In this document: in pieces, positions 32,956 to 44,677 of the stretch
Layout of the letters: each line of letters opens with the position of its first letter
Numbering within the stretch: position 1 is the first letter of the stretch
DNA from: Chlorokybus atmophyticus
Taxonomy: Eukaryota; Plantae; Mesostigma and Chlorokybus algae
DNA length: 63,382 nucleotides
Assembly (NCBI GenBank): GCA_009103225.1
Contig: RHPI01001168.1
Location: 469,053 to 532,434 of the forward strand
Reading direction: 5' to 3'
The notes under the pieces: generated by a model
The model's database searches: none
What the model saw: only the letters and a program-made list of their open reading frames with translations
Told to the model about the DNA's origin: nothing
Translations under genes and position numbers: made by a program

Positions 32956-34395
32956 GTTTGTCACGCTTGGTCCCCCCCGAAACCGGACCAAGTTAAAAGC
33001 CGGTATGGTTCGGACCAGTTTTAGTCCTTTTCAAGTCCTTTTCAATGGTCCATTAGCGGTTTTACAAGTCTTGTTGCCTGTGACATTTTCCTACTACCAT
33101 ACCGACAGACCATGGCTGGTGCGCGTCTCCTAGCATAGTTCGAAGCAAGTGGTTTGTTAATCGGCCGACAGCCGGACCGGCGACTTTAATTGACCAGCAA
33201 TGGTTAAATGCAGTAAGTTAACTGTGCTTTGGCTGCTAACTGCGGTCAGCCGCGGCAACTAAGCCGCAGCTGAGCGCCGTTGGGCCGCAGCTGCTGGCGG
33301 CCTGGTGCTCCATACCAAGAGCACCAGGCCACGCCGCTGGCCTGGTCATGCTTGTCGCTTTCAGGCCAGGATGATCAGGCTCAGGACAGTCGTCAGGCCA
33401 TACCCATAGCGATCAGCAACCGCCCTGCACAATCCTGGCCTGCTCACGGCCTTCATGCTGCATGAAGGCCGTTATTCATGACCTGCACTTATCCACAAGC
33501 AGGTATGCATGCACACAGAACAAGCAGACACACACCAACTGGCATGAACAGCGGCTAACTACTCAAGTGTTAATTAACCTACTCAAGCTTAGTGCAAGTT
33601 GAGTACCTGACCTACAGTACACAAGCGCACCTACATGCACACACGCATGCACTTTAACAGTTGAACAGTTGGTCACATGCGCACACACATCCAAAGAATG
33701 GGTATCTGTTGCAGCCTGACATTTGCTCCTCCCTCTACATCAAGTGCCACACCTTGGCACTGTGCGGGGCATGCACGTGCGCATGCGCCTGTTAACAAGG
33801 CTTGCAACCGTGGGTATGCGTTTGTGCATATTGTGCTTGTACATGCGCAGGCTTGCTTAAGCATGTGCACGTGCGTGCCAATTCACACATAAGCAATGCT
33901 CAAGGTCTCACAACACACTCATGCACATGCGCATACGCATGCACACATGCAATGAGCGCACTTTGAGGTTGGTGAATACACAGACAGCTGATGTGAGGTA
34001 GTGCTTGCACCTGCTAAGCCGTGCACTTCCAACTTGTTATCTTTTCAGCAGCGGCTTCAATTAAGTTCAAGCAAGTTGCGGGGCAGACCACACACCTGCA
34101 TGCAGACACGCGTGAGCGCATGCATGTGCGCGCATTTGCATGCGCGTGCATGCGCGCGCAAGCTTGTATGTGTGCGCATGTTGGGGANGGGGGGAGGGTA
34201 CAGGGGAGAGAGTGTGTTTGTTTCTCACGTCGATGTCTTCGCGGCCTGCGGCTTGGAACTTGCAGTCTGAGGCGTTGAAGAGTGGCAAGGCTACTGCTGG
34301 GGGGACCTGTTCACATGCAGTAGTGTACACACACGCACAACTGCCTCTAGGCGGCACGGTCCAATGTGGCCTATCAGCCAGCCTATACAACTTGT

Positions 34396-34662
34396 CTCAT
34401 AGACCGCACTGGTTAGTGCGGCCTATAGCCAAATGGTTGTGTGTATGTGTGCACGTGCATGCGTGCTTGACACAGAGCATTTGTATGCTTGTATGCTCAT
34501 CAAGGGCATGCAAGCGTGATGCTCATGCGCGTAAGGCGCGCTTGGACAGTGAGGTCTATGCCTACCGATAGCACTGCCTCATAGGCTGCACAGTTCAGTG
34601 CAGCCCATGAGCCCAATTGGGGCAAATACCTCATAGGCTGCACGGACAGTGCGGTCTATGAG
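34396..34662. repeat. three copies of a 33-34 bp imperfect palindrome
   Basis: Approximate consensus CTCATAGRCYGCAC-N5/6-GTGCRGYCYATGAG at 34396, 34578 and 34630. Confidence 0.8.
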
Positions 34663-35496
34663 CTCAACCATAACTGCAGTTGTGCGTGCCCATTCATACA
34701 TAAGCAATATTTAATGTCTCACGCACGCTTATGCGCGTACGCACACTCATCGCGCCTTAAAGTTGGTGGTGAGCACGTGCTAGGGCGAGGCAGTGCTAAG
34801 GGGAGGCGTCAGTGTGAAGGGGAGGCGGCCACTCGGGCAGCCTCACCTCAAGTATTACATCCCAGCACATCACTTGTAATTATCACATTATTACTTGTGA
34901 GTGTGCTCGTGGTTGGGGCTGCCACCACGTGGATTTGAGGTGGTGTAAGGGGGGTTTGTGGTTGTTTACACTTCTCCCACCCCAAGAAAGCAGTCTAATG
35001 CCAACATGGGCTGTTTTGGCCGCCATTTAGTGCGGTAGGGCCGCCAGATTCATTCTGGGCGGACGATATCAAACCCTCGACTCACAACTTGTTGATATCA
35101 GCATGTAGGGCTGATTCAACAAGAGTTTGGCACCTTTTGTGTCATTTACAATTGTGAGTTGCGCAGGGTTGTACAAAGTGAAAACTTTGAGTTGTTGTAG
35201 CTTGTGAACCATCGCGTGGATTTGTGTATGGTTTGTTTACCAGCGAGCGTCTTGTTGAGAGGTGTTAGGCAGTCATTTTACGTGCTGTTTAGCCCAAGTA
35301 TAGCACCTTGAAATCAACGAGAAGAAAACAACAAACTTTGACACTTCCAGAGTGCTCAACTCGTGTGCTTGTGCACTCGTGCACTTGCAACTTATTGACG
35401 GCTTGTCTCCTTGGGTAGATGTCTTACCAAGGAGAGGAAGGCGGGATGTAACCCGTTCACGAGGATTCTTCATATGAGCCATCTAGTGATGAGGAA

Positions 35497-36547
35497 GTGA
35501 AGCACTCGAAAACGAGTGGTACTTATAATGTCAGTGAGGAGGAAGAAGCCAAGTCCAAGAGTGGTGAAGCTTCTTCAATGAAGTCCTCTCATGACGAACA
35601 ACCTATGGACGCTCAGAGCATCATTGGGGCAACCATAGCAAAGTACGCATCAGAGCGTAAGGCTCTTCTTACCGCACACCCCCAGCTTCGCAAGGAAGTG
35701 TGGGATGAGTGGGCGCAGCAAGTCCGTAATGCATACGAGACGAACTTCGCGACACTCCCGCGTGCAAGCAAGGAGATGGTGATTCGCATAATCGAGCACG
35801 AGTTGACGCGTAATGCACCGCAACTCATGCGCACAGATCCAGCAGCGGCCGCTCTTATGGCCACTTATGACAAACCAGGCCCGTATCCCGGCCAGGATGG
35901 CGTTCGAGGCTCTCACCTTATTGACGGTGGAAACTCAAAAGCGTTGCAAGGACCTCTTCTGGTGCTTGGGGCCTGAGCTGGAGGAGAAGTTAGCTCGAGA
36001 AGAGCGCTTGACTGCACGCCTCGATGCTATGCAGTCCGAGTTGGTGGCATTACGCCAGAAGGTGGCCGGGGCTACCACAACTGTACTACAGTAGTAGCTA
36101 GTAGCTAGTAGCAGGGACATTAGCTGGCCTACCCGTCACAGCGCTGAACAAGCCCGAAAAGTTCAAGCCCAATGAGGCTGTGAACATTCATGATTGGGTG
36201 GTGAATGTGAAACGCTACTTGGCTGCACTTCAGCGACCAGTTAGTGAGCATATATCTGTTGCTGAGTTGCTTATGCCACCTGACGCTTTAGCCGAGTGGG
36301 CACGTTAGAGGATGGTGCTTCCAAGATTGTGGAGGCATTGTTTCAGTTCTTGGTGGAGCGCTACGGTGGCATGGACCCAACTACTGCTGCTCGCAACAAG
36401 TTTACCAAGCTGCGACATAATGGTCGGGCGGCTTCAGTGTACTTGCTGGAGTTTCAGGCACTTGTTGGCCGTGTCAACAGTGGGCTCATGCCCATGGACA
36501 AGGCTGAGCAGTTTGAGCGGTTGGCGAGGAGCGGACAGCCCGGCTAG
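35497..36547 (+). pseudogene. retrotransposon Gag-like ORF, disrupted
   Basis: KPEKFKP...HDWVVNVKRYL and FLVERYGG.DPTTAARNKFTKLRH.G..ASVYLLEFQAL resemble the retrotransposon gag capsid; frameshifts are present. Confidence 0.6.
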
Positions 36548-37149
36548 CGGCGGCAGTGGACACTCACCGATACACCGCCCCTCAGCGTGGAGCCACGTGA
36601 TACGGCGCAACAAGCTGCGCAGCAGGTTGCATTAGCGTCAACCAGACTACACGTGCTGGAGCCCACCTCACAGCCTGGCCAGGCCTACTGCATAGGCCAG
36701 GCGGCGGCTGATCAGGGGGGGGGCGGCACGATTGGACGTTGTGACGATTCGGTCGGCAGTGGACCCCCCGTGTGAAACGACGGCGGCGGCAGCTGTGCCA
36801 GGTCCGATGCAAGTGGCGGGGGCGCATTAGCCGCTGGAAAGACAGATGGCGAACCATGTAGCGGTGGACATTGCAGCTGCAGCAGCAGCAGCGAAATTGA
36901 AAGCGTTAGCACCGGCTTGGTTGTCGCTGGACGAGCCAGCACACCAGCAGACGGACCACCTGCCTGTTCCCCCAGGCCTTGCTCCGGCTGCTACACCAGC
37001 GACGACGGCACTTAAAGCTGCCGGACGACAGGTATCGGCCAATGGCGGCATGACAGGCAATCGCTCACGACATCGCGGCCAGCGCGCGGCCTCTTGCGAC
37101 CGGCTCGGCACCTGTAGATGGGGACGTGATGCCACCTGCAGCGGCGCCT

Positions 37150-40100
37150 ACGGCTGGTGGACCGGCGATAACGCGCTGTGACCTGTGCACGAAGACGTGC
37201 AAAACGGCGCGCGGCTCGGCCAAACATAGACGGCTTGCATGGCAAAACGAAATGCGGCGGCGAGGGCGCAGCAGGCAGGATTAGCGGCGGCTCGCCACGT
37301 GCACAATGTTCCGTCGGCAGAGGCGGCTTGGGATTCACTCCACGGTGGCTGCGTACCTACGACGTGAGCGTGATACTGCGCCCGGACAACGTGTGAAACC
37401 TGATGCATGTCCCGTACAGGATGCGCATTAATATCAATCGCTGTGCTGCGGTCGCATTGGCGCGCATTGCAGCGGCGTCAAATGACGTGGCGGGGTAGAC
37501 TTTGTGGTGCTACTCCCGCGTGTCCAACTGACAACCAGTCCAGGTTGTGATCCACGTGGCACCCGTGCGGCGGTTCGTGACAGGTGTTGCCGTTTTGAAG
37601 CGGGTGAGTGGGCGGACCTTTTCAGAAGCGGCGCGCTCGGGCGGCAAAAACGGCGTGCGGCGCCTGTCAACTAACGCAGCAATGGCGCCCCGCATAGCGG
37701 ACTAGCACCAGGGGCATGCGACGGCACTGGTGCACGCGAGACAATTGAGCGGTGCCACGGCGGCGCTCACACCGCCCACACCGGCTTCATCGGATGATGC
37801 CACGGTGGCTGTGCTGATCGCTGGCACCCCCGGCCATAAACGCCGGTCTCAGAAAGGGTGCGGGCTTTCACATCGGCGTAGCCATTGGAGCTGTCGCCCA
37901 TGTTATTGCGGGCGTTACTGCTGACAGCGCGCCGGCTCACTGCACCAGGGCTTTTAGGCTGGACGTATGAATTTTTGAGGGATATGTATATGTTGGGCGC
38001 GGAGCATGCGAACCTCTACGCACTGATTGTGTGCCTATGCGGCCTGCTGATCGCGGACACTGTGGCAACAAAGGTAGTGTCGGCCATGGCGTCCTCCTCT
38101 CTCTCAGCCCTACACGAAGACGCCACGTTGGCGGCGGCGGGGATACGGCCAATCGCTGTGGGTGATGTCATCCAGAGGTTGGTGGTGAGGGCCGTCTTGA
38201 CACGAAATTGGACGCAACCGGGCGAGTATTTCAAGCCGTTGCAAAATGCGGTTGCTCGCACGCGCTTAGGCGGAGCTTGTGGCGCATGGCTTGCGGGTGT
38301 GGTCCGAGGCAAACCCAAGCCACGTCATCATGCGCCTAAACGTTTGCAAGGCTTCGAAATCCGTTGAGCGGGTGGCAATTTAACGAGCTCAGAGATTCTC
38401 CATACGCCTCCTATATTCCGTTTGTGCGGCTGTGTTACGCTACGGAGTCGGAACTTTAGTATAGGAACGGGGACGACGTCGTTCCAACTGTATCTGCACG
38501 AGACTTATCAGGGGGATCCGCTGGCGAGACAACTGTACGCGCTCGTTCACACACGTGTCATGCCGAGTTATCGGCATGCCCGGGCCGTGACATGTGCGGC
38601 TGACATTTTCCTCCTGGAACCGCTTGGCGAGGTGTCGGCGGCAGTGAGAGCGCTGGACGGTGAGATGGATGCGGTCGGGCTACACGTGGCGCTCTTAAAG
38701 TTGGCAGAGTATACGGCCGAGGTGGCTGCTTGACATTGCGGATATTGTGCAGGGTAACGGCCGGCATGGTGGCGTTGGGTGTGCCGTTTGGCTCGCAATC
38801 ATTATTGACAATCACTGCGGATGCGCTCTACAGGACCACGTGACAATGGTGCAGGCCATTACGGAGCTAGCGGACACCTAGATAGCCGTACTGCTTTTGA
38901 TGAGATGCGTGGCTGCGCGGCTGGCATTTTTGACTTGCACCGGACCACCATCGCCGGCCTTCCGCTTGGCGATGGCCGTTTTTTACGAGACGCTGCAACG
39001 GGCGTTACATGGCACATGCAGATGCCAAGAATTAGGCCATCTGACGGCGCCAAGGCGGCTTACGTGGCGGCGCAGATTGCGCTGCCGGTCGTGAAGGGGG
39101 GCGTCGATCTTCGCTCCCATTTGCATCATAAACCGGAGGCGTACGTCGGCAGTTGGGGGGCAATAGCGGCGAGCTTGCGCCATTTTACGTTGCCGCTCTA
39201 CCCGGCCTTTGTCGGCGCCATCGATGGGGTCGCTGAACCATTGCTGCCTTTTTAGCGAGAGCTTGACATGGCAATGGAACTTTGCCACCGGCGGCGCGTT
39301 GAATTATCCCGTCTTTTATAACACTGGCGCGCGGAAGCGCGGAAGTTATAGGAGGGCTTGGGACACGTTGTCAACATGGCAATCATCGGCGAGTACACCG
39401 TAGCGACTAATACGAATAATAATGCGCGGCGGGCGGCGGCACTTGAACATAGCTGTCAGCGCTGCCAACGGCACCGGCACTTTGGCTATCCGCCAACGTG
39501 TTTTGAACAGCTGTGCGCTCACGGCTGTCACTGTCACATCCGCTGTTGGTTCTGGGGGCGCACTGCGTGTGCGGTGAGCCGCTCAAGCCGGAGGGGGCGC
39601 ACTTGTGGCGTTGTCCGGTGGGTCATTGCCGTACTGCCATACTTGATGCCATCCGCGATGAAGTGTATGTAATGAGGGAGGCACCTACGGTGAGTAAGAA
39701 GCAGACGAAGTTCACGCCAATCCGCGAAGGTGAGACGCGTGGCCGTCGTGTCGACCTCGTTGCGTCGAAGCGGGCGTGAGGCACGCCTTTTGCTGAACGT
39801 GACCGTCACGGCACTATGCGAGCGGCCGGGGGAAGGAGTGCGACAAGCAGAGCAGGGCAAGCGGTAGAAGTATTTGGACCACCTGACGCTAAGGTAAGGC
39901 ACATAGACACGACGGCCACACGTACCCACGGTGAGCAAGGAGCAGACATGTTTCATGCAAATCCGCGAGGGCGAGATGCGTGACCGTCGTGTGGACCACG
40001 TCGCGTCGGAGCCCGGGCGTGAGGCACGCCTACTGCTGCACATGACCGTCACGGCGCCACGCGAGCGACCAAGGAAAGAGTGCGATAGGCGGCGCACGGC

Positions 40101-40430
40101 AAGCGGCGGAAGTATCAGGACCACCCGATCGATGACCGTATCTACCCACTGGCGGCCGAAACACACGGGACACTGGGGGCCGATTTCATGCGGTGGTGGA
40201 CCTGTCTGTACGGCGAACGCTGGTGGTGCGCGACTTGTCGTCAAGGCGTCTCGCCAGCGTTTTGGCGGTCTATTGACAGCGGGTGGCATGCACCCTGCAA
40301 CGAGCCTAGGCCCTAACCGTCATGGAGCGGGGAGCGGCGGCGGTGGCGACGGTATCAGGCGGGCGCCCGATGCAGGCGGCGATAACAATCGAGGAAGACG
40401 CGGCGCTGGCAGCCGCGGCTTCTTAGGCTG
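37150..40430 (+). mobile_element. degenerate CRE-clade-like non-LTR retrotransposon (C2H2 finger, RT, CCHC knuckle, restriction-like endonuclease)
   Basis: CDLCTKTCKTARGSAKH finger; RFEAGEWADL; GLLGWTYEFL; GIRPIAVGDVIQRL; YQGDPLA; LPVVKGGVDLRS; CVCGEPL...HLWRC...H knuckle; RRVDLV...NVTVT endonuclease-like segment. Many stops and frameshifts. Confidence 0.75.
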
Positions 40431-43333
40431 ATGTGCGTGTATTGGCTGTATGATGGTGTAGGTATGAATGCCTCGTACGCCTCTGATTGTGGCCAAATTA
40501 TTAGTAGAGCGTTATATAGTTGCAGCATGTTGCCTTGGGTTGCATGATAACAGTATTGATTACATCACAGTTACTGGCCAACCTAATGTCATACACCCTC
40601 GAGTTAGCTTTTTAAATTTAAATGAACCAAATTTTACTCATTTGATATTCAGAGTAGAAGTGGTTTGTGCTAGCATTATATCAGCTAACACATGTTCATG
40701 ATTAGCTGATCTGATGCTATGAGTTATAGTAACCAATTATTATACACGGTAATGTTGCACTATCATGGTTGGTCGCAAGCGTGCATGGCACAACATTGTA
40801 TTCAATAACGTGCTATTGATGGCACGACCAGTTGATTAATTGACTTTACACATGCAATCATGTAATATAATGATATGCGGCATTGCTGCCGCATGTAAGT
40901 GTTTGCAACACTTAGCATTGTAGGCTTGCGTATAAAATTTACATAGTTGCGTGCAGATATCACCAAAAATTTGATGATTGGTAAAGTCTACACACTTGCA
41001 AACATTAGTTCAGTTGGTCACTGAAACATGTAAGCTTTGCTGTGAACAACTGAAGTGCATCAGCAAACATCACTTGCTCCAAAATTGCAACGAAACAATT
41101 GGACTGCCATCGTTTCGACATCAGTTTGCATTTGTAATATGCAACGACACTTATACAACCATAGCCAAGTGGACCAGCTGCTGCACAATCATTTCCAAGC
41201 TTCGGCTCCAATCATAGCCACTTGCAGACTGTGTACGTATGCGCGGGCACGCGTGCGGTGAGGTGCAGCAAGTAACATGCATGCATGCACTCTTGGTGCA
41301 ACAATGGGGTGTGCATTGCCTGCTTTTTGGGGAATTGCAATGGTGTGTGTTCGTAGTTATCTGCTTGCTTGCTTCTTGACAAGCAGTAGACAGCGCGAAT
41401 GTCCCTGTGCTTGTGCGCGCACAAAGTGCAAGTTGCGTGCATGCAAACTTGCGTGCATTCGTGTGCAGCTGGTAGCAGAAGACGTGTGGACTTGTGCGTG
41501 GACATGCGCATTCATGTGTCCATGCCAGCACCATTCACATGCACCAACCAAGCAGTAGCAGCTACTGCTGCATAGTTGGTGCCTGTGTGTGCGCGTGTGC
41601 ACGTGCCACTGTACGCACATGTGTATCGTTGCCAGTCATGACAGCAGCTACTGCTGCCATGACTGCAATGTTCGTGCGTGTGTCCTAGCCAGATGCTGCT
41701 ACCGCATGGTTGGGTGTGCATGTGTGCACATATGTGTGCGCATATGCGTGTGCGTGTTGTTGTCAGGATGAGGTCCTTAGGTGCAAGCATGCGCGCCTGC
41801 AACGCACACATCAGGCGGTTTTTGCGTGCGAGTTTGATGTGCAGGGAGGCGGGGGAGAGCCACCTCTCTCATTACTGGTACAGCCAGCGTGTATTCATGC
41901 TATGTAGCGCACTGCATGCCTACTCCACACCACAACACACAGCATGCAACTACACTACACGGGGTAGAGGGCAGGCGCTGCCTGTGTGCATTTGTGTGAA
42001 CACACATACACGAATGCGCACCAATCCAGCAGTAGCAACAGCAGCTGCTGCAGCTGCTGTTGCCACTGCTAGAATAGTGCGCATGCTGCTGGCAAGGATA
42101 CGCACGCACGCACGCACGCACCCACGGTAATGCACTACTAATACGCATGTATGCATGCTTAACGGGGAGGTCTATACTAGTGTAGTGTAGTGAGGTTGGA
42201 ACAAACAGTGTGCATAGCCCGGTGGTTGTGTTGCGATATGCTTTGCATGCTGTTTGGCATGCGTTTGAGTGATGTCATGCATGTCTACAACTGCTGGCTG
42301 CATATCCTGTACGCATGCACGAACGCACATGCAGTAGCAAAGGCTGCAGTTGCTACTGCACACATGCACACGCACATACAACAGAACAGCAACTGCAATG
42401 ACAACAGTTCACGTTCAACAGCCAGTCACGCGCTGCCGGCCGACTTCGCTACCTTTGCGCCACCATTGCAGGCGCTCGGGCCTCAAGCAACAACCGCTGC
42501 TTCCTGCCGCCTGACCTAGTCCGCCCTGACTTGATTTAGATGCTGCTACTACACGAGATACACTCAATCTGGATATCAGTAATCCATTAACCACAGTGTT
42601 GCTGCTCATGGCAACACCATGTCGCAATCTTTATCACGACTTACTACGCAACCACTTCAAAAGTCAACAGTATCACTGGGGCTGGCGTGACATAGGGGAT
42701 TCATGCAAGCAACCAACAACATGAAAGCAGCACCATGCAGGAGCCCAACGTGTGCGGTTTTTCTTTCTCTACAGTCACTGTTGAGCAGGCAAGCCCTAGT
42801 CACAGGACCATATCTGCCGCAAGCATGCATATCTCCATATCACCCTTACTTGATCAGCACAACCACACGAACGCCAAAAGAAACTGCAGTAGCACGCGGT
42901 CAGCTGACCCAAAGCTATGCCTATGGTTGAACCAACTCTTATGACCATTGATACACACGCATTCAGGTCACTCCAGCACATGCTCCCGGAGCACAACAAC
43001 AAGTGCACACATGCAATGGAATTCCTGAACACTCCTCAGGGGACTGCTAGTTGAGACAACATGCTCCTTTGCTTGTCCTCGCCTATGCTTGACCTGAACT
43101 CCGATCGCTGTCGAGCAGGCGCAGATTGCTCACTACTGGCTAATAAGCTCAGTACCAAGTGCAAAGGCAGTGTGGTCGCATATGCAAGCCTGCATGATGA
43201 GCACAGCAGATTGAAGAATAAACCGCTACCAATGCACGCATGCATAACCACTGCACTGTTCACAATCTCAACACATTCCGCAAGGTTTAACAACCAGAAG
43301 TTGTAGCAGTGTGAACCAACCACTTGACAATCT

Positions 43334-44677
43334 TCAAGACCAGTCCAGCCAGCGGTCATCGTCCGCGCCTGTCTGTCCCCATCCACTGATGTCGTTCTCA
43401 ACATCAACAGCCTTTACTGGTACGGAAGCCGTGGCAGTCCTCGGTTGAGCGCTTAGTGGCCTCTTTGTTGTTGGCAGCGGTGGCCTGGGCACGGGCGAGG
43501 CCGTGCGTGGCCGCTGCGCTGAGGAGGGCGGGACGCGTGTCACTAGACTCTTGCTGCTGGCAAGCTGAATTGGCATCTGCACCGCCTGCACCCCGCAGAC
43601 AACGTTCAGAACGCCTTGCTGCTGTGCCTGTAGTGATTGCGCTGGCTGTTGCTGCGGCTGGTGCTGCTGTAGTAGTTGTTGTTGTGGTGGCAGTGACTCT
43701 TGTCGCTGCGGCGTCAACGGTCGCTGCTGTTGCAGAAATGCCTGTGCTGGTTGCGGTTGAGCTTGTTGTTGTGGGTATGCACGCGCGTATGGATGGGCCT
43801 GCACTTGCGCTTGTGCTAATGCATGCACCTGTGACACCTGCGACTGTGCGTGCGTGTCCAACGCACCAACTGCACCACAGCTGTAGCCTCCTACTTCGTG
43901 GGACAGCTGGCTAATGCCTGCTTGCTGCGCTGGTAACCTGGCGAGCCAACTGGCAACCGCAACAGGGGCCTTCATGACGGAGGGCTCGGCGGACTGTGGT
44001 CTAGGCCGAATAAATGTCATGTTGTTTTGTTGCAGAACAGCAGGGCGCAAGTGTTCAATCACCGTTGATCGCCGTTGATGAATGATGGCAGCGGCGCTAT
44101 GGGGTCGTTGCGGCAGCTTTGACGTGCTCGATGTTGAGCTTGTTGACACTGTTGTCTCAGCAAGACTCGAGTGTCTGCTTGCACTACTTGCACTGTGGGG
44201 CCTTTGCAACTTGTTGGGACCTGGACGTGTTCCCGGACTAGAAACTGAACCCCATATTTGCTTGTCAGATTGGGGCGCCTCAAAGCTCTGCCCAACAACA
44301 AACAGCACTGGCGGCTTGTTCTTCCACAGATGATGCTGGTGCTTGCTACTTGAAGCCAACTTACAAGCACACGTGGAAATAATCAGTACACACATACCCG
44401 TGCGGCCATGTGCAGGCGCATGCACTCCGCTCAGCCACACCTGTGTGCAGGAGAACGATGGGGAAAGGGACGGAGGTGAAAAGGAAGAGATGGAGGATGT
44501 TAGCGAAGAAGTGCGGTTGGATAGCTGTTGGTCGCCAAGAGAAAGGGAACGCACTCGCAATGACAGCGCTGCACCCAGGGCCACCTCGGAGGCTTGCGGC
44601 CTTACATCCGTCATGGCATGTTCCTGTGTGTGTGCATGCGCGCGCGCTTGTGTGTAACTTACAACGCTGAACAACAC
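43334..44677 (-). CDS. 3' exons of a low-complexity Ser/Gln/Pro-rich protein with repeated RPxSA motifs
   Basis: Long open frame containing RPHSAS, RPHSAA, RPQSA, RPRTA and RPLSA and ending DDDRWLDWS*. The 5' part of the ORF is probably intronic, and the gene may start near 46776. Confidence 0.5.
   Translation of the reverse strand: MLFSVVSYTQARAHAHTQEHAMTDVRPQASEVALGAALSLRVRSLSLGDQQLSNRTSSLTSSISSFSPPSLSPSFSCTQVWLSGVHAPAHGRTGMCVLIISTCACKLASSSKHQHHLWKNKPPVLFVVGQSFEAPQSDKQIWGSVSSPGTRPGPNKLQRPHSASSASRHSSLAETTVSTSSTSSTSKLPQRPHSAAAIIHQRRSTVIEHLRPAVLQQNNMTFIRPRPQSAEPSVMKAPVAVASWLARLPAQQAGISQLSHEVGGYSCGAVGALDTHAQSQVSQVHALAQAQVQAHPYARAYPQQQAQPQPAQAFLQQQRPLTPQRQESLPPQQQLLQQHQPQQQPAQSLQAQQQGVLNVVCGVQAVQMPIQLASSKSLVTRVPPSSAQRPRTASPVPRPPLPTTKRPLSAQPRTATASVPVKAVDVENDISGWGQTGADDDRWLDWS

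Noticed and set aside
34940-35270. 5' LTR for the Gag-like ORF (TGTAAGGGG...)
   Set aside because: No second LTR, PBS or TSD was found.
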